Below, piece after piece: positions 9,505 through 18,028 of a DNA stretch of 64,000 bases. Under the pieces are notes generated by a model. The model saw nothing but the letters and a program-made list of their open reading frames with translations, was not told the origin of the DNA and ran no database searches. Numbering within the stretch: the stretch's first letter is position 1; the number at the start of each line of letters is the position of its first letter. Location: contig JAVBOR010000018.1 of NCBI GenBank assembly GCA_031550325.1, positions 270 through 64,269 of the forward strand, read 5' to 3'. A program made the translations under genes and the position numbers. Origin of the DNA: Oscillospiraceae bacterium. Lineage in GTDB: Bacteria; Bacillota; Clostridia; Oscillospirales; UBA929.

Positions 9505-10821
9505 TCACAAGTGATTGTCTTCCCTGACGACATAACGGACGTTTTTCCCTCTGCCTACCGCCGTGATTTTCGCGTCCCGCTCAAGCGACTTCAGCAGATT
9601 GCCCGCCGCCGTTTGACCGATACCCAGCAGCACCTCAATGTCCCGCCGGGACACTTCCTTGCGGTCGCAGATATAGTCGAGCACTTTCTGCATATTGGTG
9701 CCTACGGGGATGCCAGGCGAATTGTTCCCGTCGGATTCATTTCTGTTCGGCAGCCTGGTTAAAAATGCGCCGTCTGTAACGACAAAATCGGGCCGGACAG
9801 GCATTCCGGCATAACTATCAACTATCTTGGCGATACCAGTCCCATAGGCTTCAATGAGTTTCAGCCCGTAAAATACACCCGCAAGCTTTTCGTTGCGTGA
9901 CTGTGAGGCCCCGATTTTGATGGCGGCCTGCGAAAGTCCCGGCACAAGCCCGCCCAGAGAGACTACCTCTATCCGGTTGTCAAATATGCTGATAAGCGTG
10001 CTGCCGCTGAAGGAATAGTCGCGGTGTACAAGCGCGTTGAGCAGGGTCTCGCGGATGGCCACCTCGGGATAATCCCTGTTGTCGACCCGTAAAAGCCCCT
10101 CTATCTTTGCGTGTGTTTTGTTGTGAAGGTCAATGTATTCATAGACGTTTGAGAGCTGTTTTAACAAAGAACCGCTATACTCTCGTCTGTCCTTGAATAC
10201 CGATTTATCGATTCCCTCGAAAACTGCCGTTTTGATCGTATGCACACATTGGTCCGACAGCAGTAGGCCGAGGTTTGTGAATAATCCGTCGCCGCCGACA
10301 ATGCCGAGGTTCCGCATTTGCGTCGCGCCGAACTCAATGCCTCGTCGCTCAAACTCCGCTTTGGCGGAATCGAAGGACAATTCCTGATTCAGAGAACGCG
10401 CCGCCTCGAAAGAGTCGCCGTCAGTCTCCTTTATCATAGCGCGGATAGCGTCCTCTGAAGCCGGAACGGACGCGCTCCCGAGCCTGACATACACTCCGGA
10501 GGGCTTCAGTCCTTTTTCCGCGATATAATAGGGCCGCCCGGTTCCGCGCTGTACAGAAACCGCCACGACGCTTTTCCCCTCCTTTATCTGAATTTCGCCT
10601 TGCGTGAACATGGAAATATCCGGCCTGATAGCGTCCCGCAGCATGCTTGTGACCTGCAGCAGAACCTTGTCCGGCTCGCTCAGTCCGACAGCTTCACCGT
10701 TGTCGCCGACGCCGATATATACCGCGCCGCCATTTGAGTTGGCAAAGGCAACGATTTCGTTCTTCACATCCGGCGTATACTCTCGCTTAAACTCAATACT
10801 TGCATTTTCAGTCCATGCCAT
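9505..10821 (-). CDS. Schlafen/AlbA_2 domain + HATPase_c_4 + wHTH protein (RecG-C-like ATP-binding regulator)
   Basis: ENASIEFKRE...IVAFANSNGG (AlbA_2), AIRETLLNALVHRDY...SRNEKLA...IEAYGTGI (HATPase_c_4), C-terminal HTH. Confidence 0.88.
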   Translation of the reverse strand: MAWTENASIEFKREYTPDVKNEIVAFANSNGGAVYIGVGDNGEAVGLSEPDKVLLQVTSMLRDAIRPDISMFTQGEIQIKEGKSVVAVSVQRGTGRPYYIAEKGLKPSGVYVRLGSASVPASEDAIRAMIKETDGDSFEAARSLNQELSFDSAKAEFERRGIEFGATQMRNLGIVGGDGLFTNLGLLLSDQCVHTIKTAVFEGIDKSVFKDRREYSGSLLKQLSNVYEYIDLHNKTHAKIEGLLRVDNRDYPEVAIRETLLNALVHRDYSFSGSTLISIFDNRIEVVSLGGLVPGLSQAAIKIGASQSRNEKLAGVFYGLKLIEAYGTGIAKIVDSYAGMPVRPDFVVTDGAFLTRLPNRNESDGNNSPGIPVGTNMQKVLDYICDRKEVSRRDIEVLLGIGQTAAGNLLKSLERDAKITAVGRGKNVRYVVREDNHL

Positions 10822-10979
10822 AGTGCACCTCCGCGCGCATTTGGTTCTAACACATTCTAACACATTCTCACAGTGTTAGCAAGGGAGAACGCAGCAGAAT
10901 CCTGTCGAATACGGCTTTACTCTTCCACCCAAACAGTAAAAGTTCCTCTTATCAAGTGAAGGCGGAGCTTTTGTGTTGC

Positions 10980-11789
10980 TCAGCGCCATTTATTCGGGAA
11001 GAAGAAATCGGAGGTCATGTCGAGGTAGTTTTCACCCGCATAGTTGCCGCATTTGGCAAGTACCGCGGCCTTGAATGCTTCAGCGGAATCGCAGCCCGCC
11101 GCAATCTGCTTCAGGTCCTCCAGATAGGCTATCTTCGTTTCGGCGTCCTTCAAATTCTCCGACGTGTAGTGCGAGGTGAGGATGAGGTCGTAGCCCGATT
11201 TAATGTACCCCTTGAGCTCGGCGATAGTCGCGTCCGATTGTCCGTCACCCGCGACGATGGAATGGCAGTCGTGTCCGAGCATGTGCGTGTAAACCACGTT
11301 GATTTCCGGAATCTCGATTTCAAAAGCATCATCGATTCTGATAATGTTCATCCTGATACCTGCAAAGGTTACCTCGCCGCTCTCAATGATATTCGTTACG
11401 GTGAAAACCGAGGGGTCAAACAGTTCACCAAATGCGCCCTTGAAGCTCTCAATAAGCGCTTTACCGCCGCCCGTGTGACCGTAAGCATATGCGTTCTTCG
11501 TGGAATACACCGGAGCGCCCGTCAAAAAGCTCGCCCCCGCCATATGGTAGGAGAGCAGAAGCCCCTTAACCTTGACGTTCAGGGACGCGATGTAATCGGT
11601 CAGCTCTCTGATGTTGTCAAAGAAGCACGGAGCCTCAATGACGGCGAGCTTGCCGCTCTTTTCCAGAAGAAAGACCTCGTCCGCCAGAAAGTCGTTTGCC
11701 TTGTAAGCTTGAAGCTTTACCGCGCCGAAATTGTAGATGTTCATTTCGCCCTTAGAAAGCTGCACCGTTTTGTAATTTGTTTTGTTCAT
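10980..11789 (-). CDS. Hypothetical protein, probable metallo-beta-lactamase-like fold
   Basis: LLSYHMAG, YTHMLGHDCHS and LILTSHY His motifs; divergent from an HxlR regulator. Confidence 0.65.
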   Translation of the reverse strand: MNKTNYKTVQLSKGEMNIYNFGAVKLQAYKANDFLADEVFLLEKSGKLAVIEAPCFFDNIRELTDYIASLNVKVKGLLLSYHMAGASFLTGAPVYSTKNAYAYGHTGGGKALIESFKGAFGELFDPSVFTVTNIIESGEVTFAGIRMNIIRIDDAFEIEIPEINVVYTHMLGHDCHSIVAGDGQSDATIAELKGYIKSGYDLILTSHYTSENLKDAETKIAYLEDLKQIAAGCDSAEAFKAAVLAKCGNYAGENYLDMTSDFFFPNKWR

Positions 11790-11929
11790 GAGAATGACCT
11801 CCAAAGTTTTTGCTTGGCGGACTTGACTTTTCCTGCCTGCAACACTATGATAGGCCTATAACGCAAATCTGTAAAGTAAGCACTATATTATTGTATAGGC
11901 GCCATTTAGTAACTATTGGGGGAATCCTC

Positions 11930-12262
11930 ATGCTTACAAAGAGAGAACTGCCGCCCTGTCCTGTGGCGGCCACCGTTGACCTCATCGGAAACAAGTGGAA
12001 GCTGCTCATTCTGCGCGACCTTTTGACCGGTACGAAGCGTTTCGGCGAGCTTCGCAAAAGCGTTTGCGGCATCAGCCAAAAAGTGCTAACCGACAATCTG
12101 CGCGCGCTGGAGGATGACGGGCTGCTGACCCGCAAGGTCTATGCCGAGGTTCCGCCGAGGGTGGAGTACACCCTCAGCGAGCTTGGGCAGTCGCTTCGCC
12201 CCATCATGGATGTGATGGGCAAATGGGGCACGGAGTACAAGGCGATGGTGGGCAGCGCTTAA
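11930..12262 (+). CDS. HxlR family winged-helix regulator
   Basis: CPVAATVDLIGNKWKLLIL...KRFGEL...YAEVPPRVEYTLS. Confidence 0.93.
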   Translation: MLTKRELPPCPVAATVDLIGNKWKLLILRDLLTGTKRFGELRKSVCGISQKVLTDNLRALEDDGLLTRKVYAEVPPRVEYTLSELGQSLRPIMDVMGKWGTEYKAMVGSA

Positions 12263-12284
12263 GACTTTTGCATGCAAACAAGGT

Positions 12285-12322
12285 TCAGCCGCGAGAATGG
12301 GGGAGTCCCATCTCGCGGCTGA
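12285..12322 (+). terminator. Rho-independent terminator
   Basis: TCAGCCGCGAG...CTCGCGGCTGA hairpin followed by TTTTGTT. Confidence 0.75.
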
Positions 12323-12510
12323 TTTTGTTATCTTGTGAGTGTTCCGATGAGAAAAGAGTACCATCCGGTGTAAAGAGAAACATATGTTATCCTTTGCACC
12401 TATTTTGGCTCCAAAATGGCGGCGGAAACCCGGTAAAACCGTGCTCGAGTTTGTAAACATTCAAAATGGGGTTATTCTATACAAATGCAAGGGTGCGATT
12501 AACTGAGGCG

Positions 12511-13125
12511 TTATCTCGCCGTAAAAAACTCTGCCTTCACAACCTGTTTCGCCCAAATCTCCCAGAAAACAGCCTGAATGCTTTTATTTTCATTTTTGCC
12601 GTACATCCAATTATCATCTTCCTTCGTAAGGTCAAAAACCCCATCCCAGCTTTTTATAATACGATCTCTCACGGTTAGAACACTGGAGCTTACAGACGCC
12701 GCACTCCTGATTTCATCACGGCTTACACCCAACGCTGCGCTCCAGGCATCAAACAGATTATCGTCTGCCTCATCAACAGCAATGTAGGCGTAGTTCAAAA
12801 CCATATGGAAGACATCAAAGTCCGAAAGCAGAATCTGTTCATCCGGAATCTCAAGCTCAAGCTGCACGCACTTTTCGCCGCGGACAGCGAGACCGCCGGA
12901 GCGCAGGTCACGGCGGCCTCTCTTGCCTTCCCACTGATACCATGCCCATATCGGATACCGCACGCCTGCCGGAGCGGGTACTCTTTCGGAGAGCTTTTTC
13001 GCCATCCAATCGTAGGCGTAACGAAAATCATCCTGACAGAAAAGGTGCTGTTCGTTCGCTGTCAGCTCGCCGGTATTCATAAGCTCCGCATACGCGTTTT
13101 CGTTTTGTATTGTCCAAAGCCTCAT
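12511..13125 (-). CDS. DUF3841-like protein
   Basis: MRLWTIQ...AYDWM...YPIWAWY...LLSDFDVFHMVLN...SIQAVFWEI pattern. Confidence 0.8.
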   Translation of the reverse strand: MRLWTIQNENAYAELMNTGELTANEQHLFCQDDFRYAYDWMAKKLSERVPAPAGVRYPIWAWYQWEGKRGRRDLRSGGLAVRGEKCVQLELEIPDEQILLSDFDVFHMVLNYAYIAVDEADDNLFDAWSAALGVSRDEIRSAASVSSSVLTVRDRIIKSWDGVFDLTKEDDNWMYGKNENKSIQAVFWEIWAKQVVKAEFFTAR

Positions 13126-13140
13126 CGTTATCCCCCGCGC

Positions 13141-13413
13141 CTACCTCAAATAGTCCTCGAAGTCGCGGTTTCTCGCAATCTCCCGGTCAACGAGCAAAAT
13201 GTACTGCCATTTCTTCTGCGTGGAGCCTTGCAGCAAAGCGTTGACATGGCCGCAATACCGGCGCGCGGCGGCGGATTTCAACTCAACCTCGTCATCATCT
13301 GTCCGGTTATACGCCTTTATCTCCACGATATATATTCCGTTGGCGGTTTCCGCCACAAAATCAGGTTCATGCAGATGCCCAGCCATCCACTTTATCTTAA
13401 ACTGCTGTTTTTG
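13141..13413 (-). pseudogene. C-terminal fragment of a type III restriction-type (PD-(D/E)xK) endonuclease, truncated by an IS21 end
   Basis: QKQQFKIKW...HEPDFVAET...YIVEIKA...WQYILL; the open frame stops exactly at the IS terminus (TGA within TGTCAAG). Confidence 0.7.
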
Positions 13414-13957
13414 TCAAGTGAAAAATGGGGCAGTGAATATAGTTAAAAAATCCGCCACAGATGACAGCGACATTGAGTTAATATGGTATAGTAGAGTGGG
13501 CATAAGAGTGAATTATGCCCCCAGCGGAAAGCTATCGTTTGGAATCCTCAAACCAGGCGATGGTTTCCTCAAATCGGCCGCCTTTGTCCTTGAAATGTCC
13601 AGAACATGGGCTTTATGGGCAAGGCGGTCGATTAACGCGCCGGTAAGCGTCGGGTCCTTGAAAACTTCCTCCCAGCGCTCGTCGGTGAGGTTGGAGGTGG
13701 CGATGATGAAACCCTTGTCATTCCTTGAAGAGATCAGATTGAAGAGGGTTTCGCAGCCGGTTTTGTCCATCGAGACATAGCCCAGCTCGTCCAGAATGAC
13801 GAGGTCATATTTTTCGAAACGCTTTCTGTAATTCGTCATTTGGTTGGTGCCCAGCGTCTCCTTGAGCTCAACAATCATGTTGGGAACGGTGGCGAAGAGA
13901 ACGCTGTGCCCCTTCATGCAGGCGGCGATGCCGAGTGCGATTGCATAGTGGGTTTTG
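13412..13957 (-). mobile_element. istB: IS21-family remnant: terminal IR plus 3' half of istB
   Basis: End TGTCAAGTGAAAAATGGGGCAGT...AAAAAATCCGCCAC; KTHYAIALG (Walker A cut at the junction), LVILDELGY (Walker B), IATSNL, LIDRLAHKA; apparent 1-bp deletion near 13590. Confidence 0.85.
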
Positions 13958-14053
13958 CGTGACCGTGAATTGTCGCTCAAAGCAAAAGGACTCCACTCCC
14001 TTATGCTGTCCCTGCCGGACACATGGGATTATACCCTTGCCGGACTTGCTACG
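13955..14053 (+). pseudogene. N-terminal fragment of an integrative-element HTH replication-type protein
   Basis: Reads LRDRELSLKAKGLHSLMLSLPDTWDYTLAGLA, the conserved LSLKAKGLxSxMLSLPxxWDYT motif; not in the ORF track. Confidence 0.75.
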
Positions 14054-14324
14054 ATTTATTTGCCTTAGTTTTATCAGCAAATTTGAACTGCCCGAAAGTG
14101 AAATAGAACAGGAAGAACAGCCGATACGGACGAGCAAAAAGAAACTGCGCCGCGATATGACGGAGGAAGAATTACAGCGGGCGCGGGAACGCGACCATAT
14201 CCGTTATGCTCAAAAAGTTGCCGCGAAAAAAGCCGCAGAAGAAGCGGAACGGGCGGCAATTCTACAAGGCACGGCTTACGAAATCCAGCCACAGGAAAGC
14301 GAACCAGAGAAAGCTGCAAGCTGA
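14054..14324 (+). pseudogene. C-terminal tail of a large serine recombinase (TnpX-like, inferred)
   Basis: LSFISKFELPE followed by a charged helical tail (KKKLRRDMTEEELQRARERDHIRYAQK) resembling Clostridial site-specific recombinase C-termini. Confidence 0.55.
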
Positions 14325-14533
14325 TAATCCATCAATCCTATCCGTTCCATTACGAAGCCGCTCGAAAGCGAAAAGCAATCGGGCGGTTTTCATGTTGGCG
14401 TATCTTCTTTTGAAAATATGCTTTTTATATTCCTGTTCAACTTCTTCGAGCCAAAAGTGATTATCAATTCCTCAAGTGCTGAAAGGCTTGCAATGAAGCA
14501 AGGTGCTTGCTGGGATAAAAACCGCAAAAGATT

Positions 14534-14742
14534 AAGCTGAGGCTTTCCCGGATTTACTCCTGGAAAGCCTCAGCTTGTCAAAAAAGTCCCTCGCGTCCTC
14601 TTCCTCTATCGGTTTTCACGTCGAGCCTGACGCCGAAGCCGGCAGGTCCTCGCCTCTCTGAAAACCGATAAAGATAGAACCACAACGCTTTCACGGATTT
14701 ACTCCGGGAATGCCTTTCGCCGTAAACTGCCTCAGCGCATAT
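14534..14742 (-). repeat. Modular hairpin element copy (R-Q-S plus extra Q)
   Basis: GCTTTCACGGATTTACTCCGGGAA and CGTCGAGCCTGACGCC modules; overlaps the rpiB stop codon. Confidence 0.85.
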
Positions 14743-15193
14743 TGGCAGTCTCAATGTCCAGAATTTCCTGAACCTTTGGGGTGGACGGGCCGTCCACAAA
14801 CTCAAGCCCGATCCATTCGCCCGCGATTTTCTTGGCGAGGGAGTGGCCGATAACCCGTTCGCCCATGCAGAGGACGTTGGCGTTATTGCTCAGTACCGAG
14901 CGCTCTGCCGAAAAGTTGTCGTGGCAGACCGCGGCGCGTATGCCCTTGAACTTGTTCGCCGTCATGGCCATGCCGATGCCGGTGCCGCACACCAGAATCC
15001 CGCGTTTTGTGTAGCCGCTCTCAATGATGCTCTCGCACACCCGCCCGGCAATCGTCGGGTAATTGGTGCAGTCGCCGGCGCTGTCGCAGCCCATGTTCTC
15101 CACCGTCAGGCCCTTGCCCTCAAGAAAGGAGATCAGCATGTCCTTCATGGGGACGGCCGCGTTGTCGCAGCCGATGACAATGATCTTGTCCAT
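14732..15193 (-). CDS. rpiB: RpiB/LacA/LacB family sugar-phosphate isomerase (DerI-like, inferred)
   Basis: GCDNAA, CGTGIGM, AAVCHD, SNNANVLCMGERVIG. Confidence 0.9.
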   Translation of the reverse strand: MDKIIVIGCDNAAVPMKDMLISFLEGKGLTVENMGCDSAGDCTNYPTIAGRVCESIIESGYTKRGILVCGTGIGMAMTANKFKGIRAAVCHDNFSAERSVLSNNANVLCMGERVIGHSLAKKIAGEWIGLEFVDGPSTPKVQEILDIETANMR

Positions 15194-15196
15194 CTT

Positions 15197-15841
15197 TCAG
15201 TCCTCCGTTTGCGCCAGGATTCCGTCGGCCATGGCGCAGAGGATGATGCAGCAGGAGACCGCGCCCGCGTCCAAAACCCCGCGTGACCGCTCCCCAAGCC
15301 GACTCGAACGCCCAAACTTTGCAGCCAGCTCTTTGGTGGAGTCCCGCCCGTTGGCGGCTGCCTCCTTCATGGCGGGGAGGGCCTCTGCCAGGCTTTTCCC
15401 CGCGTCGGCCGCTCCCTCAAGCGCGTCAAGCGCGGGCGAGAGCGTGTCGACCAAGGTTTTGTCGCCGACGCGCGCCTCGACAATGTCATAGAGCCCGTCA
15501 AGCCCTGCCCGGAGCATCCGCGCAAGCTCACTTGCCCCTATTTCATTAAGTGCAGCGCCCGCCCCAGCCATGTCCATGAAAACCGTCCCGTAAATCGGGC
15601 CCATAGAGCCGCCGATCTCGGTGAGCAGGAGGGTTCCCAGCTCGTCGAGCCCATCGGTGAACGAAAGGGTTCTGCCGGCGGCCCGTTCGCCGAACAGGCT
15701 AAAGCCCTTGTTCATGTTCGCGCCGTGGTCGCCGTCGCCGATCAGTCCGTCGACCTCGCTGAGGTAGGCTTTGTTTGCCTTGACTGCCTCGACCATTTTG
15801 AGCAGAACCGGCAGCCCGTCCGCGTTGTAAAATGCGCCCAT
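15197..15841 (-). CDS. dhaL: Dihydroxyacetone/erythrulose kinase ADP-binding subunit DhaL
   Basis: DGLIGDGDHG, GGSMGPIYG, GDKTLVD, FGRSS...DAGA. Confidence 0.92.
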   Translation of the reverse strand: MGAFYNADGLPVLLKMVEAVKANKAYLSEVDGLIGDGDHGANMNKGFSLFGERAAGRTLSFTDGLDELGTLLLTEIGGSMGPIYGTVFMDMAGAGAALNEIGASELARMLRAGLDGLYDIVEARVGDKTLVDTLSPALDALEGAADAGKSLAEALPAMKEAAANGRDSTKELAAKFGRSSRLGERSRGVLDAGAVSCCIILCAMADGILAQTED

Positions 15842-15850
15842 AGTGCCTCC

Positions 15851-16846
15851 TTATCTCTGCTTCAGGCCCATGCCGTAGCAGGGCGCGTCGACGAGCCGCT
15901 TGAGCTCGTCGTCGAGCTTCATGAGCGTGAGCGTCGCACCCATCATCTCCAGCGACGTGAAGTAGTTCCCAACGTAGCTCCGGTGGATGATGATTCCTTT
16001 TTCGGCGAGCAGCCGGTCGACCTCGTCAAACAGCACGTACAGCTCCATGACCGGAGTCGCGCCGAGCCCGGAGATCAGTGCGACCACCTCGTCGCCCGCG
16101 ACAAAGGGATAGTCGGGGACAATCGCCTCTACCATGCGTTTGGCCATTTGCGCAGCAGTCTCCAGCGCGCAGACCTCAATCCCCGGCTCGCCGTGGTGGC
16201 CGATGCCGACCTCCATGGTTCCCTCTTTGATCTCAAAGTTCGGATGCCCCACCGCGGGCAGGGTGCAGGGGGTCAGTCCGATGCCGATGCTGCGTGTGTT
16301 GTCGATAGCCTTCTGCGCCACCCGAATGACGTCGTCAAGGCCCGCGCCGGTCGCTGCCTGTGCGCCGCCGACCTTCCACATCAGCACTTCGCCGGCCACG
16401 CCGCGGCGCTTTTCGGCCTGATCCTTGGGCGCGGAGGCCACGTCGTCGTTGGCGATGACGGTCTTCACCGCAATATTCTCTTTTTGGGCCATCTTAATGG
16501 CCATTTTAACGTTCATGTTGTCGCCGGAGTAGTTGCCGTACAGGCAGGCTACGCCCTTGCCCTGGTCGGCCGCCCTGAACGCGTCGAGGAACGCAGCCGC
16601 GGTGGGGGAGGAGCAAATTTCGCCCACAGCGACAGCATCGCAGAGGTTTTCGCCAATGTACCCGACAAACGCCGGTTTGTGGCCGCTGCCGCCGCCTGTC
16701 ACGACGCCGACATGATCCTTTGGCATGTCCGCGCGCCTGATCACGCGGGGGTTCCCGGTTGGGGAAACAATGTCGCCGTGGACTTTTACAAAGCCCTTTA
16801 GGTACTCGTCGACAATAAAGTCGGGATCGTTCAATATGCGCTGCAT
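15851..16846 (-). CDS. dhaK: Dihydroxyacetone/erythrulose kinase subunit DhaK
   Basis: GGGSGHKPAFVG, NYSGD, RRGVAG, GIGHHGEPG. Confidence 0.92.
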   Translation of the reverse strand: MQRILNDPDFIVDEYLKGFVKVHGDIVSPTGNPRVIRRADMPKDHVGVVTGGGSGHKPAFVGYIGENLCDAVAVGEICSSPTAAAFLDAFRAADQGKGVACLYGNYSGDNMNVKMAIKMAQKENIAVKTVIANDDVASAPKDQAEKRRGVAGEVLMWKVGGAQAATGAGLDDVIRVAQKAIDNTRSIGIGLTPCTLPAVGHPNFEIKEGTMEVGIGHHGEPGIEVCALETAAQMAKRMVEAIVPDYPFVAGDEVVALISGLGATPVMELYVLFDEVDRLLAEKGIIIHRSYVGNYFTSLEMMGATLTLMKLDDELKRLVDAPCYGMGLKQR

Positions 16847-16867
16847 CCTATTCTTCCTCTCATCCAG

Positions 16868-17956
16868 TTATCGTGATAGCCCCGGAACGATGGCCACCTT
16901 AATGGAGTTGTCCGCACCCGTGGTGGCCAGCTCAAAGGCCTTTTCCCAGTCGTCCAGGCCAAACTGATGGGTTACGACGCCGTCCGTGGGCATCGAGCCG
17001 TCCTGAATCCACTTGATCACCGAGGGATAGCAGTAGGGGCTGAGGTGCGCGCCCAGAAGGTCGAGCTCCTTGCGATCGCTGATGATGGACCAGTCGACGG
17101 TGACCGGGTCCTTAAACACCGAGAACTCCACAAAACGCCCCATCTTGCGGATCATGTCCAGGCCCTGCTGCACGCTGGAGGGGTGGCCGCTGGCCTCGAT
17201 ATAGATGTCGCAGCCGTACCCGCCGGTCAGCTCCATGATCTTTTCGGTCACGTTTTCCTTTCCGGGGTTCATCACGATGCCAGCGCCAAACGCCTTGGCT
17301 TTGGCAAGGCGCGCGTCGTTGAGGTCGAGCACGATAAAGGCAGCCGGGTTGCGCTTTATGACCGCTCCGACCATTCCCAGCCCGAGCGTTCCCGCGCCCG
17401 AGAGCACAACGACGTCCTCGTTGGAGATGTCCGCGCGGTCGACGCAGTGCTTGGAGCAACCGTAGGGCTCGATCAAAAGCGCCTGCTCCAGCGGCATGTC
17501 GTCGGGGATTCTGTATTTGCGGCCCTCGTGCGGATAGCGCATGTATTCGGCCATGCCGCCGTTGACGTTGTTCTGGAAGCCGTACAGGTCGTGCTTCTGG
17601 CACATCCAGTAGCGGCCGGTCCGGCAAAACCTGCATTGCCCGCAGGGCACGATTTGCTCGGAGACAACGCGGTCGCCCACCCTAAACTCCGTCTGGGCCG
17701 GGCCAATCTCCACGACCGTGCCGACAAACTCGTGGCCGGGAACCATGGGAGCCTTGATGTAGGCCGGCTGGCCGTCCCCGCCCCAAAAGCTGGGCGCGCC
17801 GCCAAACGCCTTGGTGTCTCCGGCGCAGACGCCGCAGCCCTCTACCCTGACGATGACGTCGTCGGCGACAGCGCGGGGCGTGGGAATCATCTCCAGCCGG
17901 TAATCGCCGGGCGCGTAGGCGACAAGGGCCTTCATTTTTTCAGGCAGCTGTGACAT
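16868..17956 (-). CDS. Zn-dependent polyol dehydrogenase, erythritol/L-threitol dehydrogenase (EltD)-like
   Basis: GHEF, structural Zn CxxCxxCx7C, and TVDWSIISDRKELDLLGAHLSPYC, which I recall as EltD-like. Confidence 0.82.
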   Translation of the reverse strand: MSQLPEKMKALVAYAPGDYRLEMIPTPRAVADDVIVRVEGCGVCAGDTKAFGGAPSFWGGDGQPAYIKAPMVPGHEFVGTVVEIGPAQTEFRVGDRVVSEQIVPCGQCRFCRTGRYWMCQKHDLYGFQNNVNGGMAEYMRYPHEGRKYRIPDDMPLEQALLIEPYGCSKHCVDRADISNEDVVVLSGAGTLGLGMVGAVIKRNPAAFIVLDLNDARLAKAKAFGAGIVMNPGKENVTEKIMELTGGYGCDIYIEASGHPSSVQQGLDMIRKMGRFVEFSVFKDPVTVDWSIISDRKELDLLGAHLSPYCYPSVIKWIQDGSMPTDGVVTHQFGLDDWEKAFELATTGADNSIKVAIVPGLSR

Positions 17957-18028
17957 GGATCATTCCTCCTTTTGATGATGGTTGGTGGATGCATGCTTTG
18001 AGCGGGGCGATGCGGGCAAGGGCGCGAT

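Noticed and set aside
13935-14053. 129-aa ORF 13935-14324 as a complete gene
   Set aside because: Its first third is out-of-frame read-through of the istB and Rep stubs; only the 3' part resembles a recombinase tail.
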